Shown: in pieces, positions 1 through 9,453 of the stretch
Layout: every line of letters starts with the position of its first letter
Numbering within the stretch: position 1 is the stretch's first letter
Source: Caldisericia bacterium
GTDB taxonomy: Bacteria; Caldisericota; Caldisericia; B22-G15
Length of the DNA: 64,000 nucleotides
NCBI GenBank assembly: GCA_026414995.1
Contig: JAOAHY010000005.1
Span: 18,547 to 82,546 of the forward strand
Direction of reading: 5' to 3'
Made by a program: the position numbers and the translations under genes
Notes under the pieces: generated by a model
Told to the model about the DNA's origin: nothing
Databases searched by the model: none
The model's input: the letters and a program-made list of their open reading frames with translations, nothing else

Positions 1-749
1 GCATCTAGAATGTTAAATATATGTGAAAGTTTTAAACAATATTCATAAGATGGAAGAACTAAATTTTTATCAATTAATCTATATGCTTCTATTTCAAAAT
101 AGTTGAATGTTTCTACAAGCATTTCTGTATTAGCTTCTTCAAAAGAATATATACACATCTCTCTTTCTTCAATTAATCTTAAATCTTTATATTTTATAGA
201 TTCATTCCAATTTATTTCAAAGATTGATTCCTTTTTTTGTAAAAAAAGGGCAATTCTTTCAAGACCGTATGTAATTTCTGCTGAAATAGGATCTAAATCA
301 ATTCCACCTGCTTGTTGAAAATAAGTAAATTGAGTAATTTCCATTCCATCACACCAAACTTCCCAACCAACCCCCCATGCTCCAAGAGTTGGTGATTCCC
401 AATTATCTTCTACAAATCTTATATCATGTTCTTCTTCTTTAATTCCTAAACTTTTTAGACTATTTAGATATATTTCTATTATATTTTCAGGAGGGGGTTT
501 TAAAATAACTTGAAATTGATGATGTTTATATAATCTATTTGGATTATCACCATATCTTCCATCTTGTGGTCTTCTTGAAGGTTGTATATATGCTACTCTA
601 TATGGTTTTTTTCCTAAAACTCCAAAAAAAGTCAAAGGACTCATAGTTCCTGCACCAACTTCTATATCAAAACCTTCGCCTATAATACAATTTTCCTTAC
701 TCCAAAATATTCTTAATTCTGTTATAATATCCTGAAAAGTCATATCCAT
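1..749 (-). CDS. glyQ: Glycine--tRNA ligase alpha subunit, partial (C-terminus runs off the window start)
   Basis: Minus-strand translation from the ATG at about 749 (alternative 743) reads [16 protein letters not shown]...[20 protein letters not shown]...[21 protein letters not shown]...[10 protein letters not shown]. This is the highly conserved GlyQ core. It is absent from the ORF track because no stop lies inside the window. Confidence 0.85.
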   Translation of the reverse strand, partial: MDMTFQDIITELRIFWSKENCIIGEGFDIEVGAGTMSPLTFFGVLGKKPYRVAYIQPSRRPQDGRYGDNPNRLYKHHQFQVILKPPPENIIEIYLNSLKSLGIKEEEHDIRFVEDNWESPTLGAWGVGWEVWCDGMEITQFTYFQQAGGIDLDPISAEITYGLERIALFLQKKESIFEINWNESIKYKDLRLIEEREMCIYSFEEANTEMLVETFNYFEIEAYRLIDKNLVLPSYEYCLKLSHIFNILD

Positions 750-873
750 AAAATTTTACCATAAATTAGTATCAATTAAAATAAAATAAATAAAGTTTTA
801 AAAATATAACCTATGTAAAAATTTTTTATAATTTTTTAATAAATTTATAAAATTATTTAATTTTATTTAATAT

Positions 874-2196
874 ATGTTAAAATATATTTATGATTTAAAA
901 AATAAATTTAATGAAGTGGATATGAAAAAACCAGAAGGATTTAAAGGATTTATGATAATGTCTATAGGCCAATTTATTTCAATGGTTGGTTCAAGTATGA
1001 CTCAATTTGGTTTATCAATTTGGATTTGGAAAACAACTGGCAATGCAACTCCATTTAGCATTATAACAACTTTGTTTTTTATACCAAATTTAATATTTTC
1101 ACCTATTGCTGGTGCGCTTATTGATAGATGGCCTTTAAAAAGATCTTTAATCCTTCCAGATCTTGCAGCAGGAATTGTAACTATATTAACATTTATTTTG
1201 TACACTATGAATAAATTAAATCTTCCATTCTTATATTTTGCTTCTTTTGTTTCAGGAATATTTAACTCTTTTCAATGGCCAGCATATTCAGTAACAATAA
1301 GTATTATGTTAAAAAAGGAAGAATACGGAAAAGCAAATGGACTTTTTTCAATGGTTGAAAATGGTCCGGTAATAATATCTCCAATACTTGCTGGTATTTT
1401 TTTACCTATAATAAATCTATCAGGAATAATGATAATAGATATTATAACCTTTTTATTCGCAATTGGATCAGTTTTGTATGTATTTATACCTAAAATTGAA
1501 AGGTTCCATTCAGAAGAAAAATTAAGTATTCTTAAAGATGCTTTATTTGGATTTAAATTTATTCTAACTAAAAAGCATCTACTTGCTCTTTTAACTGTTT
1601 TTTTATTTGTAAATTTTTTTGAAGGTTTTATTAATCCTTTATTTTCTCCTTTAATATTATCAAAAATGAACAATAGCAGTTTAGCATTAGGTATTGTTCA
1701 AACTTTTTTTGGATTAGGAGGATTAGTTGGTGGGTTAGTAATGACATTGTGGGGAGGAACAAAAAAGAAAGTTTATGGTTTAATAGGAGGAATAATGTTT
1801 AGCGGAATAGCACTATTAATATTTGCATTATCAAAATCTCTTTATCTTTTATCTATTTTTGGTTTCATTATCTCTTCTCTTGGAGTTATAACAAATTCTT
1901 CAAGTCAAGCAATTTGGCAGTCCAAAATACCACCTCAACTTCAAGGTAGGGTTTTTTCTGCAAGAAGAGTGATAGCTCAACTTAGTGGAATTATTCCTAT
2001 GATAACTAGTGGTCCAATTATAGATAATGTTATTTCGAAATTTTTTGTGGATAACAATAGATTTTTATCTTTCTTTGGAAAAGGTAAATCAGGAGCAATG
2101 TCCTTTATGGCTTTTCTATCTGGTATTCTTGTTGTAATAGTTGCAATAAGTGCATTTTTAAATAAACTTGTCATGAATGTAGAAAAAATTGAATAA
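874..2196 (+). CDS. Major facilitator superfamily transporter
   Basis: 440 aa, about 12 hydrophobic segments with an MFS-like two-half layout. No SD precedes 874, so the start is uncertain; an alternative ATG lies at about 922. Confidence 0.65.
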   Translation: MLKYIYDLKNKFNEVDMKKPEGFKGFMIMSIGQFISMVGSSMTQFGLSIWIWKTTGNATPFSIITTLFFIPNLIFSPIAGALIDRWPLKRSLILPDLAAGIVTILTFILYTMNKLNLPFLYFASFVSGIFNSFQWPAYSVTISIMLKKEEYGKANGLFSMVENGPVIISPILAGIFLPIINLSGIMIIDIITFLFAIGSVLYVFIPKIERFHSEEKLSILKDALFGFKFILTKKHLLALLTVFLFVNFFEGFINPLFSPLILSKMNNSSLALGIVQTFFGLGGLVGGLVMTLWGGTKKKVYGLIGGIMFSGIALLIFALSKSLYLLSIFGFIISSLGVITNSSSQAIWQSKIPPQLQGRVFSARRVIAQLSGIIPMITSGPIIDNVISKFFVDNNRFLSFFGKGKSGAMSFMAFLSGILVVIVAISAFLNKLVMNVEKIE

Positions 2197-2231
2197 AATA
2201 TTGAAAATAAATTATATATAATTAAAATAAT

Positions 2232-2819
2232 ATGGAAAATTTAATAAAAGATATATGTTTATTAATTATTGATATGCAGTATGATTTTATAAACAAACTA
2301 TCACCATTATATGTAGATGAATGTAAAGATATTATCAAAAATATTAAGGAAATATTAAATATATTCAGAGTTAAAAATTTACCAAGGATTTTTGTTAAAA
2401 GAGAGCATAGAAAATCAGGAATTGATATTGATTTAACAAGACAAGATCTATTTAATGAAAAAGGTGGTTTTTTAATTGAAAAAGAGCATGGATCAGAAAT
2501 TGTTGATGAGTTAAAACCTTTAAATGGAGAAATTATTGTAATAAAAAGAAGATTTTCTGCTTTTTTTGAAACAGAACTTGATCTTATTTTAAGAAGAATG
2601 AAAATTAAAACAATAATTTTGACTGGAATTCAAACTCCAAATTGCATAAGAACAACAGCATTTGATGCGATTTCTTTTGATTATGAAGTTATAGTTGTAT
2701 CTGATGGAACAAAATCAAAAACAGAAGAGATTCAAATTTCTAATTTAAAAGACATGGAAGATGTTGGAATAAAAATTCTTTCAACAAAAAATTTATTAGA
2801 TATGTTAAAATTATTTTAG
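2232..2819 (+). CDS. Isochorismatase-family cysteine hydrolase
   Basis: LLIIDMQYDF at the N-terminus, GIQTPNCIRTT with the catalytic Cys, VSDGT; about 195 aa. Confidence 0.7.
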   Translation: MENLIKDICLLIIDMQYDFINKLSPLYVDECKDIIKNIKEILNIFRVKNLPRIFVKREHRKSGIDIDLTRQDLFNEKGGFLIEKEHGSEIVDELKPLNGEIIVIKRRFSAFFETELDLILRRMKIKTIILTGIQTPNCIRTTAFDAISFDYEVIVVSDGTKSKTEEIQISNLKDMEDVGIKILSTKNLLDMLKLF

Positions 2820-4613
2820 ATGATAAATATCATTAACAAAATAAATGATGAAGAATTAAACAAAAGAAAAAAGAATTTTGAAATATATATAGAAACTTCA
2901 AAAAAATTATTTGAAAATTTTATTGATGATAAAAATCCTTTCACAATATCTCTAATTGATAATAATGGTCTAATTCTGTTAGTTTTTAGTGCTGAAAATA
3001 AACCTTTTATTGAGGAAGGGATGGTAATAGATGAATCATTAGGTGTAACTGCAATATTAAAAACAATTAAAAATAACGAAGAATGTGAAGTTTTAGGAGA
3101 TGAACATACCTTTCATATATTGAAATCTTGGTCATGTGCTGCATCACCCATAAGAGATATAAATGGAAATTTAGTTTGTTTAATTAGTATCTCAAGTGAA
3201 AAAGATAAATATCCTTCATATGGTTTAAAATTGGCAAAATTAATTTCTTATGCAATTGAGAATGAGGTTAATTTAAAATATACATTAAAAGAAATTGAAT
3301 TATCTAAACATTTTGCAGAGGTAGTTGCCGAGGGTAATAAAGATGGAGTTCTTGTTCTTGATAAAAATGCAAATGTTTTATATATTAATCAAGTTGGCGC
3401 AAATATATTAAAAATTGATAGAGAGAAAGCAATTGGCAAAAATGTAACAGAAATAGTCGATTTTACCCCAGTTATATTAAATGTATTTAAAACTCATAAA
3501 GGTTATATAGATAAAGAATATATAATTGAAAGCCCATCAAGAGGTTTACTTCATTTTATTAAAACTGCTGTAGTTTTAAGAGATTCAAATGGTAATTTTA
3601 TAGGAGTTGTAGACTTCTTTAGAGAAATTGAAAGAGTCAGAAAATTTGTTACATCATATATAGGAGCAGAAGCAAAATTTACTTTCGAGGATATAAAGGG
3701 AGAGAGTGAAAAGATTAAAGAAGTTATAAGAATAGCAAAAATTGCAGCTAAATCAAATTCTACAGTCTTAATAACAGGTGAAACTGGAACAGGAAAAGAG
3801 ATGTTTGCCCAAGCAATACACTTTGAAAGTGAAAGATGTAAAGGACCATTTGTTGCTATGAATTGTGGAGCAATTCCTAGGGACCTTGCAGAAAGTGAAT
3901 TTTTTGGTTATGAACCTGGGGCATTTACAGATGCAGATAAAAAAGGAAGACCAGGAAAATTCGAACTCGCAGATGGCGGAACCATTTTTCTAGATGAAAT
4001 AGATGAACTTCCTCCATCTTTGCAAATTAAATTATTAAGAGCAATTGAAGATAAAGTTATTACAAGAATAGGGGGAACAAAATCATTAAAGGTGAATGTC
4101 AGAATAATATCTGCAACAAATAAAAATATACAAGATTTAATAGATAAAGGAATTTTTAGAAAAGATCTATATTATAGATTAAATGTAATACATATTAATA
4201 TTCCACCATTAAGAGATAGAAAAGAAGATATTCCAATATTAATTAATCATTTTATAAATAAATTTAATTTGACATTAAATAAAAATATAAAAGGTTTTGA
4301 TGAGTCATTTATTGAACCTTTGATTTATTATGATTTTCCTGGAAATGTAAGAGAGTTACAAAATATAGTTGAAAGAGCAATAAATATTAGTGAAACAGAA
4401 ATATTAACAAAAGATCATTTACCTAAATATATTTTTGAAAAAAAATTAGATCTAAAAGATTATATAAATCTTGAGGAAATTAAAAAAGATTATATTGTTA
4501 AATTACTAAAAGAAAATGATTATAATATATCAAAAACATCAAAAAAATTAGGAATATCAAGACCTACTTTATATAAAATCATAAAAAAATATAAATTAGA
4601 AAAATTAATATAA
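2820..4613 (+). CDS. Sigma-54-dependent transcriptional activator (AcoR/Fis-family enhancer-binding protein with N-terminal sensory domains)
   Basis: AAA+ sigma-54 interaction domain (GETGTGKE Walker A, GAFTDA motif (sigma-54-contact GAFTGA-type), DEIDEL Walker B), C-terminal Fis-type HTH (ISKTSKKLGISRPTLYKI). Sits immediately upstream of a sigma-54 promoter. Confidence 0.8.
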   Translation: MINIINKINDEELNKRKKNFEIYIETSKKLFENFIDDKNPFTISLIDNNGLILLVFSAENKPFIEEGMVIDESLGVTAILKTIKNNEECEVLGDEHTFHILKSWSCAASPIRDINGNLVCLISISSEKDKYPSYGLKLAKLISYAIENEVNLKYTLKEIELSKHFAEVVAEGNKDGVLVLDKNANVLYINQVGANILKIDREKAIGKNVTEIVDFTPVILNVFKTHKGYIDKEYIIESPSRGLLHFIKTAVVLRDSNGNFIGVVDFFREIERVRKFVTSYIGAEAKFTFEDIKGESEKIKEVIRIAKIAAKSNSTVLITGETGTGKEMFAQAIHFESERCKGPFVAMNCGAIPRDLAESEFFGYEPGAFTDADKKGRPGKFELADGGTIFLDEIDELPPSLQIKLLRAIEDKVITRIGGTKSLKVNVRIISATNKNIQDLIDKGIFRKDLYYRLNVIHINIPPLRDRKEDIPILINHFINKFNLTLNKNIKGFDESFIEPLIYYDFPGNVRELQNIVERAINISETEILTKDHLPKYIFEKKLDLKDYINLEEIKKDYIVKLLKENDYNISKTSKKLGISRPTLYKIIKKYKLEKLI

Positions 4614-4614
4614 T

Positions 4615-4664
4615 TGTAAAAAAATTTAACAAATATTTACATATTTTTGTTAAATATTTTTACA
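4615..4664 (+). promoter_or_regulatory. Two tandem TGT-N11-ACA palindromes (putative enhancer/UAS sites for the upstream sigma-54 activator)
   Basis: TGTaaaaaaatttaACA at about 4615-4631 and TGTtaaatatttttACA at about 4648-4664. They are near-identical as reverse complements and lie 40-90 bp upstream of the -24/-12 element. Confidence 0.5.
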
Positions 4665-4703
4665 TATAATAAAAGAAATTTAAGAATTTTATATCAAATT
4701 TTT

Positions 4704-4719
4704 TGGCACAAAATTTGCT
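4704..4719 (+). promoter_or_regulatory. Sigma-54 (-24/-12) promoter
   Basis: TGGCACaaaatTTGCt matches the TGGCAC-N5-TTGCW consensus exactly, about 35 nt upstream of the E1-alpha start. Confidence 0.75.
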
Positions 4720-4755
4720 TATTATATTTTGATAAATATAAGAAAGGAGGTATTG

Positions 4756-5742
4756 ATGGGTAATTATTCAAAAGAATTTCTACTTTCACTTTATAGAACT
4801 ATGGTAAGAATCAGAACTTTTGAATTAAAAGCAGAGGAACTGTTTCTTCAAGGTAAATTACCTGGATTTATACATTTATATATAGGTGAAGAAGCAATAG
4901 CAACTGGTGCGATGGCAAACTTGCGTAAAGATGATTATATTACATCAACTCATAGAGGTCATGGTCATATGATAGCAAAAGGTGCATCAATGGACAAAAT
5001 GATGGCAGAACTTTATGGTAAAAAAACAGGATACTGCAAAGGAAAAGGTGGCTCAATGCATATAGCAGATGTTTCTATTGGTGTTTTAGGAGCAAATGGT
5101 GAAGTAGGTGGTGGTTTACCAATTGCTGTTGGTGCTGCCATGGGTTTAAAAATGCTTAAAAAAGATTCTGTTGTTATCTCATTTTTTGGAGATGGCGCGT
5201 CAAATAGAGGATCTTTTCATGAATCTTTAAATTGGGCTTCTATATATAATTTACCAGTAATTTTTCTTTGTGAAAATAATCAATTTGCATCAACCGCTAG
5301 AGTTAAAGAAACCACTTCAGTAGAAAACATTTCAGATAGAGCAGTTGGATATAACATGAAAGGTGTAACAATAGATGGTAATGATATCATTCTTGTTTAT
5401 GAAACAGTAAAAGAAGCTGTTGATAGAGCAAGAAATGGTGGTGGACCAACATTAATAGAAGCAAAAACATACAGATTAAAAGGACATTTTGTTGGTGATC
5501 CAATGTTATATAGAGATCAAAAGGAGGTAGAAGAATTTCTTAAGATAGAGCCTATTGGAAAGTATGAAAAATTTCTTTATGAAAATGGTTATTTGACAAA
5601 TTTTGAAAAAGAAAATATTTGGAATGAAGCAAAAATTGAAGTCGAAAGTTCTGTTAGATTTGCTGAGGAAAGTGAATATCCTTATCCAGAAGAGGCATTG
5701 GAAGATTTATTTGAAATTGATGAAGGTTATGACTATTTTTAG
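4756..5742 (+). CDS. TPP-dependent 2-oxo-acid/acetoin dehydrogenase E1 component alpha subunit
   Basis: Classic E1-alpha TPP-binding fold (GDGA...N-containing motif, IFLCENNQFA). ATG at 4756 follows AAGGAGG; the track ORF starts at 4729, so the N-terminus is ambiguous. Confidence 0.8.
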   Translation: MGNYSKEFLLSLYRTMVRIRTFELKAEELFLQGKLPGFIHLYIGEEAIATGAMANLRKDDYITSTHRGHGHMIAKGASMDKMMAELYGKKTGYCKGKGGSMHIADVSIGVLGANGEVGGGLPIAVGAAMGLKMLKKDSVVISFFGDGASNRGSFHESLNWASIYNLPVIFLCENNQFASTARVKETTSVENISDRAVGYNMKGVTIDGNDIILVYETVKEAVDRARNGGGPTLIEAKTYRLKGHFVGDPMLYRDQKEVEEFLKIEPIGKYEKFLYENGYLTNFEKENIWNEAKIEVESSVRFAEESEYPYPEEALEDLFEIDEGYDYF

Positions 5743-5752
5743 GAGGAATTAA

Positions 5753-6727
5753 ATGAGAGAAATAACATTTGCTGAAGCACTCGGAGAGGCAATGCTTGAA
5801 GAAATGGAGAGAGACCCTACTATTTTTACATATGGTGAAGATATAGCAAAACAGGGAGGAATATTTGGCCAATATAAATCTTTATTAGGAAAATTTAAAG
5901 ACAGAGTCATAGATACACCTATATCAGAAGAAGTTATTTATGGCTCAGCATTAGGAGCAGCATTAGTTGGTATGAGACCTGTTGTTGAATTTCATTTTGC
6001 AGATTTTATATTCACTGGGATAACTTCAATAGTTAATCAAATTATGAAATTTAAACATATGACAGGTGGACAAGGAAAAATTAGAGTTGTTTTGAGAGGA
6101 CCAGATGGAATAGCAAAATCTGCAGCAGCACAACATTCTGAATCAATAGAAACAATATTTATGCATATACCTGGAATTTATGTTGTAATTCCTTCAACTC
6201 CATATGATATGAAAGGTTTACTTAAAACTGCTTTAAGATGTGATGATCCAGTAATTATTTTTGAACATAAAATGCTTTATAAAATTAAAGGGCCAGTACC
6301 AGAGGAAGAATATTTTATACCATTTGGAAAGGCAGATATAAAAAGAGAAGGAAAAGATGTAACTGTTGTTGCAACTTCAAGAATGGTACACGAATCATTG
6401 AAGGCAGCTGATGAACTTAAAAAAGATGGAATTGATGTGGAGGTAATAGATCTTAGAACACTCGTTCCTTGGGATAAAGATTGTGTTATAAATTCAGTTA
6501 AAAAAACACACCATTTAGTAATAGCACATGAAACATGGAAAAGGGCTGGATGGGGTGCAGAAATAGCAGCAGTAGTACAAGAAGAAGCATTTGATTATCT
6601 TGATGCTCCAATAACAAGAGTTGGTGCTAAAAATGTTCACATTGCATTTAGCCCACCATTACAAGATTATATAGTACCAGATTATAAAAATGTAATAGAA
6701 GCTGTAAGGAGAGTTTTGAATGTATGA
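5753..6727 (+). CDS. 2-oxo-acid/acetoin dehydrogenase E1 component beta subunit
   Basis: Transketolase-like pyrimidine-binding and C-terminal domains of E1-beta; strong RBS GGAGGAATTAA-ATG. Confidence 0.85.
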   Translation: MREITFAEALGEAMLEEMERDPTIFTYGEDIAKQGGIFGQYKSLLGKFKDRVIDTPISEEVIYGSALGAALVGMRPVVEFHFADFIFTGITSIVNQIMKFKHMTGGQGKIRVVLRGPDGIAKSAAAQHSESIETIFMHIPGIYVVIPSTPYDMKGLLKTALRCDDPVIIFEHKMLYKIKGPVPEEEYFIPFGKADIKREGKDVTVVATSRMVHESLKAADELKKDGIDVEVIDLRTLVPWDKDCVINSVKKTHHLVIAHETWKRAGWGAEIAAVVQEEAFDYLDAPITRVGAKNVHIAFSPPLQDYIVPDYKNVIEAVRRVLNV

Positions 6728-7847
6728 GTTAAGAATGCCAAAATTTGGTTTAACAATGGAAGAGGGTGTTATAACAAAATGGTATAAAAATGAAGGGGAC
6801 TATATAGAAAAAGGAGAAATAGTTTGTGAGATTGAATCAGAAAAGATAATAAATGATTTAGAATCACCTGTTTCTGGGATTCTTAAAAAAATATTAGTAA
6901 GAGAGGGAGAATCAAAAAAAGTAGGGGATGTTATTGCAATTATAACTGAGAAAGATGAAGAAATAAGAGAGGAGGTGATGGAAACAAAAAAAGAAAAAGA
7001 GGAAAAAGAAATTCTTGCCTCTCCTTCAGCAAAAAGATTAGCAAAAGAAAAAGGAATAGATTTAACAAAAATAAAAGGAAGTGGACCTGGTGGTAGAATA
7101 ATTGAAAAAGATATTTTAGATTATATTGAAAAACAAGAAAAATCAGAAGAGGTAATTGAAGAACTATCACCTATTAGAAAAGAGATAATTAAAAATTTAA
7201 CAAAATCTTATGAAAATACAATTCTCGTAACTAATGTAACAAAAGTAAATTTCACATACTTGATGAACATCAAAAAAAGTTTATTAAAAGAAATTTCTAT
7301 CACATCAATAATTTTGAAAATTGTTAGTGAAGTATTGAAAAAACATAAAAAATTTAATGCAAATTTTGATGGTGAAAAATTGATAAAATTTATGGATATA
7401 AATATTGGTATTGCAACAGATACAGAGAGAGGCCTTGTTGTTCCAGTTATAAAAAAAGTAAACGATCTTACAATATTTGAAATTGATAAAAAATTAAAGG
7501 ATTTAACTCAAAAAGCAAAAGAAAATAGGTTAACTATTGAGGAAACAAAAGACTCTCATTTTACAATTTCAAATCTTGGTATGATGAGAACTGATTTCTT
7601 TACTCCAATTTTAAATGTAAATGAAGTTGGAATTCTTGGAATAGGTAGAATAAACAAAGAGGTTCAGATAGATGAAAATGGGAAAATTTATTTAAATGAT
7701 GTATGTTACTTATCATTATCATATGATCATAGGGTTATAGATGGTGCTGATGCTGCAAGATTTCTAGAAGATATTTGCAGCATTATTGAAAATGAAGACA
7801 AATTAAATTATATTTTAAATCTTTATAAAGGAGGTAAAATTTTATGA
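6720..7847 (+). CDS. Dihydrolipoamide acyltransferase E2 component (lipoyl domain, E3-binding domain and catalytic domain)
   Basis: N-terminal lipoyl domain (CEIESEKI with the lipoyl-Lys context), PSAKRLAKEKGIDL peripheral subunit-binding domain, C-terminal SYDHRVIDGA catalytic His motif. Confidence 0.85.
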   Translation: MYELRMPKFGLTMEEGVITKWYKNEGDYIEKGEIVCEIESEKIINDLESPVSGILKKILVREGESKKVGDVIAIITEKDEEIREEVMETKKEKEEKEILASPSAKRLAKEKGIDLTKIKGSGPGGRIIEKDILDYIEKQEKSEEVIEELSPIRKEIIKNLTKSYENTILVTNVTKVNFTYLMNIKKSLLKEISITSIILKIVSEVLKKHKKFNANFDGEKLIKFMDINIGIATDTERGLVVPVIKKVNDLTIFEIDKKLKDLTQKAKENRLTIEETKDSHFTISNLGMMRTDFFTPILNVNEVGILGIGRINKEVQIDENGKIYLNDVCYLSLSYDHRVIDGADAARFLEDICSIIENEDKLNYILNLYKGGKIL

Positions 7848-8923
7848 AAAAATTATTAACAATTATTTTAATCACAACATTAATTTTGGGAGCTTTTATT
7901 TTAAGTGGGTGTAAAAAGGAAGAAAAGGTTGAATTTGTTCCCAAAACTGAATATACAATGCAATTAAATGTAGGACCTGCTTTCGGTTGGGGAATGGGTG
8001 CTCAAAAATGGGCAGATTTAATTAAGATAAAAACTGGTGGAAAGATAAATGTTAAACCATATTTTTCAAGTGCTTTACTACAGGGAAAACAAACTAACTG
8101 GTTCCAGGCTGTTGCAGAAGGAAGTATTGATTTTGCTGTAGAATCAACTATTAACTCTTCACCTGTTGTTAAATCTCATAATCTCTTTTCTTTACCATTT
8201 TTTATTAATACATATGAGAATTTAGATAAAATTGAAAATGGAGAAGCTGGTAAAAAGATTTTTGAAGAAATGGAAAAGTTGGGTGTTGTTCCATTTGCTT
8301 GGGGAGAAAATGGTTTTAGACAGATAACTAATAGTAAAAAGCCAATAAGAACACCTGAAGATATGAAAGGTTTAAAATTTAGAGTTGTTGGATCACCAAT
8401 ATTTATTGAAATATTTACTGCATTAGGTGCTGATGCTGTAAGTATGAACTGGGCAGATGCAGTAACTGCATTCCAACAGGGAGCTGTTGATGGACAAGAA
8501 AATCCATATGGAGTTTTACTTCCTGTTCAAATTTGGCAATATCATAAATATGTCACAAACTGGAATTATGTCATTGATCCACTTATTTTCTGTGTTAGTA
8601 AAAAAACATGGGATACATTTCCTGATGACATAAAACAAGCAATAAAGGAGGCAGCAATTGAAGCTGCAGAATGGGAAAAGGCTTTTGTAAGAAGAGGTCT
8701 TGATGGAGGTGCTTCAATAAAATTACTAAAAGAGAAATATAATTATATTCCTGAGATATCAGATCAAATTGCTTATGTAAAACTTAATGGAATGACAGTT
8801 ATTGATATAACTGAAGAAGATAGACAGAAATTCATTCAAGCAACAAAATCAGTTTTTGATAAATGGGTTGATGTTGTAGGAAAAGATTTAGTTGAATTGG
8901 CCAAAAAGGATATGGGAAAATAA
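7844..8923 (+). CDS. TRAP transporter solute-binding protein (DctP family), lipoprotein
   Basis: Signal peptide with lipobox LSGC; DctP-family fold and length; start overlaps the E2 stop (ATGA). Confidence 0.8.
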   Translation: MKKLLTIILITTLILGAFILSGCKKEEKVEFVPKTEYTMQLNVGPAFGWGMGAQKWADLIKIKTGGKINVKPYFSSALLQGKQTNWFQAVAEGSIDFAVESTINSSPVVKSHNLFSLPFFINTYENLDKIENGEAGKKIFEEMEKLGVVPFAWGENGFRQITNSKKPIRTPEDMKGLKFRVVGSPIFIEIFTALGADAVSMNWADAVTAFQQGAVDGQENPYGVLLPVQIWQYHKYVTNWNYVIDPLIFCVSKKTWDTFPDDIKQAIKEAAIEAAEWEKAFVRRGLDGGASIKLLKEKYNYIPEISDQIAYVKLNGMTVIDITEEDRQKFIQATKSVFDKWVDVVGKDLVELAKKDMGK

Positions 8924-8938
8924 TAATCAACTTTTTAA

Positions 8939-8968
8939 GGGGTGCAACTTTGCACCCCTTTTTATTTT
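8939..8968 (+). terminator. Intrinsic terminator/attenuator hairpin between the TRAP binding-protein and permease genes
   Basis: GGGGTGCAA-ct-TTGCACCCC followed by TTTTTATTTT. Confidence 0.6.
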
Positions 8969-8980
8969 ATGGAGGCTAAA

Positions 8981-9442
8981 ATGAGAAAATATTCGATTGA
9001 AGAGATTTTATCGTCTATAATTCTTGCAATAATGGCTATTATTGCGTTTATAAATGTGTTAAGTAGATATTTATTTAAATTATCTATTGCAGCAACTGAA
9101 GAACTCGAAGTAAATTTTTTTGTTTGGTTAACAGTTATAGGTATAGCATTAGCATTTGAAAAAGATTCGCATCTTAATATGACGATTGTGTTTAACAAAT
9201 TTCCAAAATTGATGAAAAAAATTTCTATTTTAATTTCATCTTTTCTTTCAATGGTTTTATTTGGAATAGTCAACTATTTTGCAATTAGAGAAATTTATAT
9301 GGACTTAACTCTTTTTCATATGAGAAGCGAAGCACTCAATATCCCTAATTGGATATATGTAATTGGTATTCCAATTTTTTCAATATTTGTATTTAAAAAA
9401 ATTATTACATCAACAATTAAAAAAATTAAGGAATTAAAATAG
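8981..9442 (+). CDS. TRAP transporter small permease (DctQ family)
   Basis: About 155 aa with 4 TM segments, immediately upstream of DctM. The track start (GTG 8942) lies inside the terminator hairpin; ATG 8981 is preceded by GGAGG. Confidence 0.7.
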   Translation: MRKYSIEEILSSIILAIMAIIAFINVLSRYLFKLSIAATEELEVNFFVWLTVIGIALAFEKDSHLNMTIVFNKFPKLMKKISILISSFLSMVLFGIVNYFAIREIYMDLTLFHMRSEALNIPNWIYVIGIPIFSIFVFKKIITSTIKKIKELK

Positions 9443-9453
9443 GGAGGAGATAA

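Noticed and set aside
103-318. 71-aa plus-strand ORF from the six-frame track
   Set aside because: It lies entirely antisense to the well-conserved glyQ coding region. No RBS or recognisable motif.
1002-1673. Minus-strand ORFs (67 and 133 aa) inside the MFS transporter gene, and similar antisense ORFs at 5654..5872, 6940..7170, 14584..15131, 17272..17770, 20201..20389, 24350..24577, 27256..27531, 29627..29809, 31526..32034, 32664..33186, 33567..33818, 37944..38237, 39975..40716, 42533..42766, 44087..44353, 46038..46238, 49267..49494, 50609..51269, 53078..53290, 56262..56525, 56871..57164, 58486..58746
   Set aside because: All are embedded in the opposite strand of longer ORFs with clear family-level similarity. 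Their AT-rich, low-complexity translations are consistent with chance antisense ORFs.
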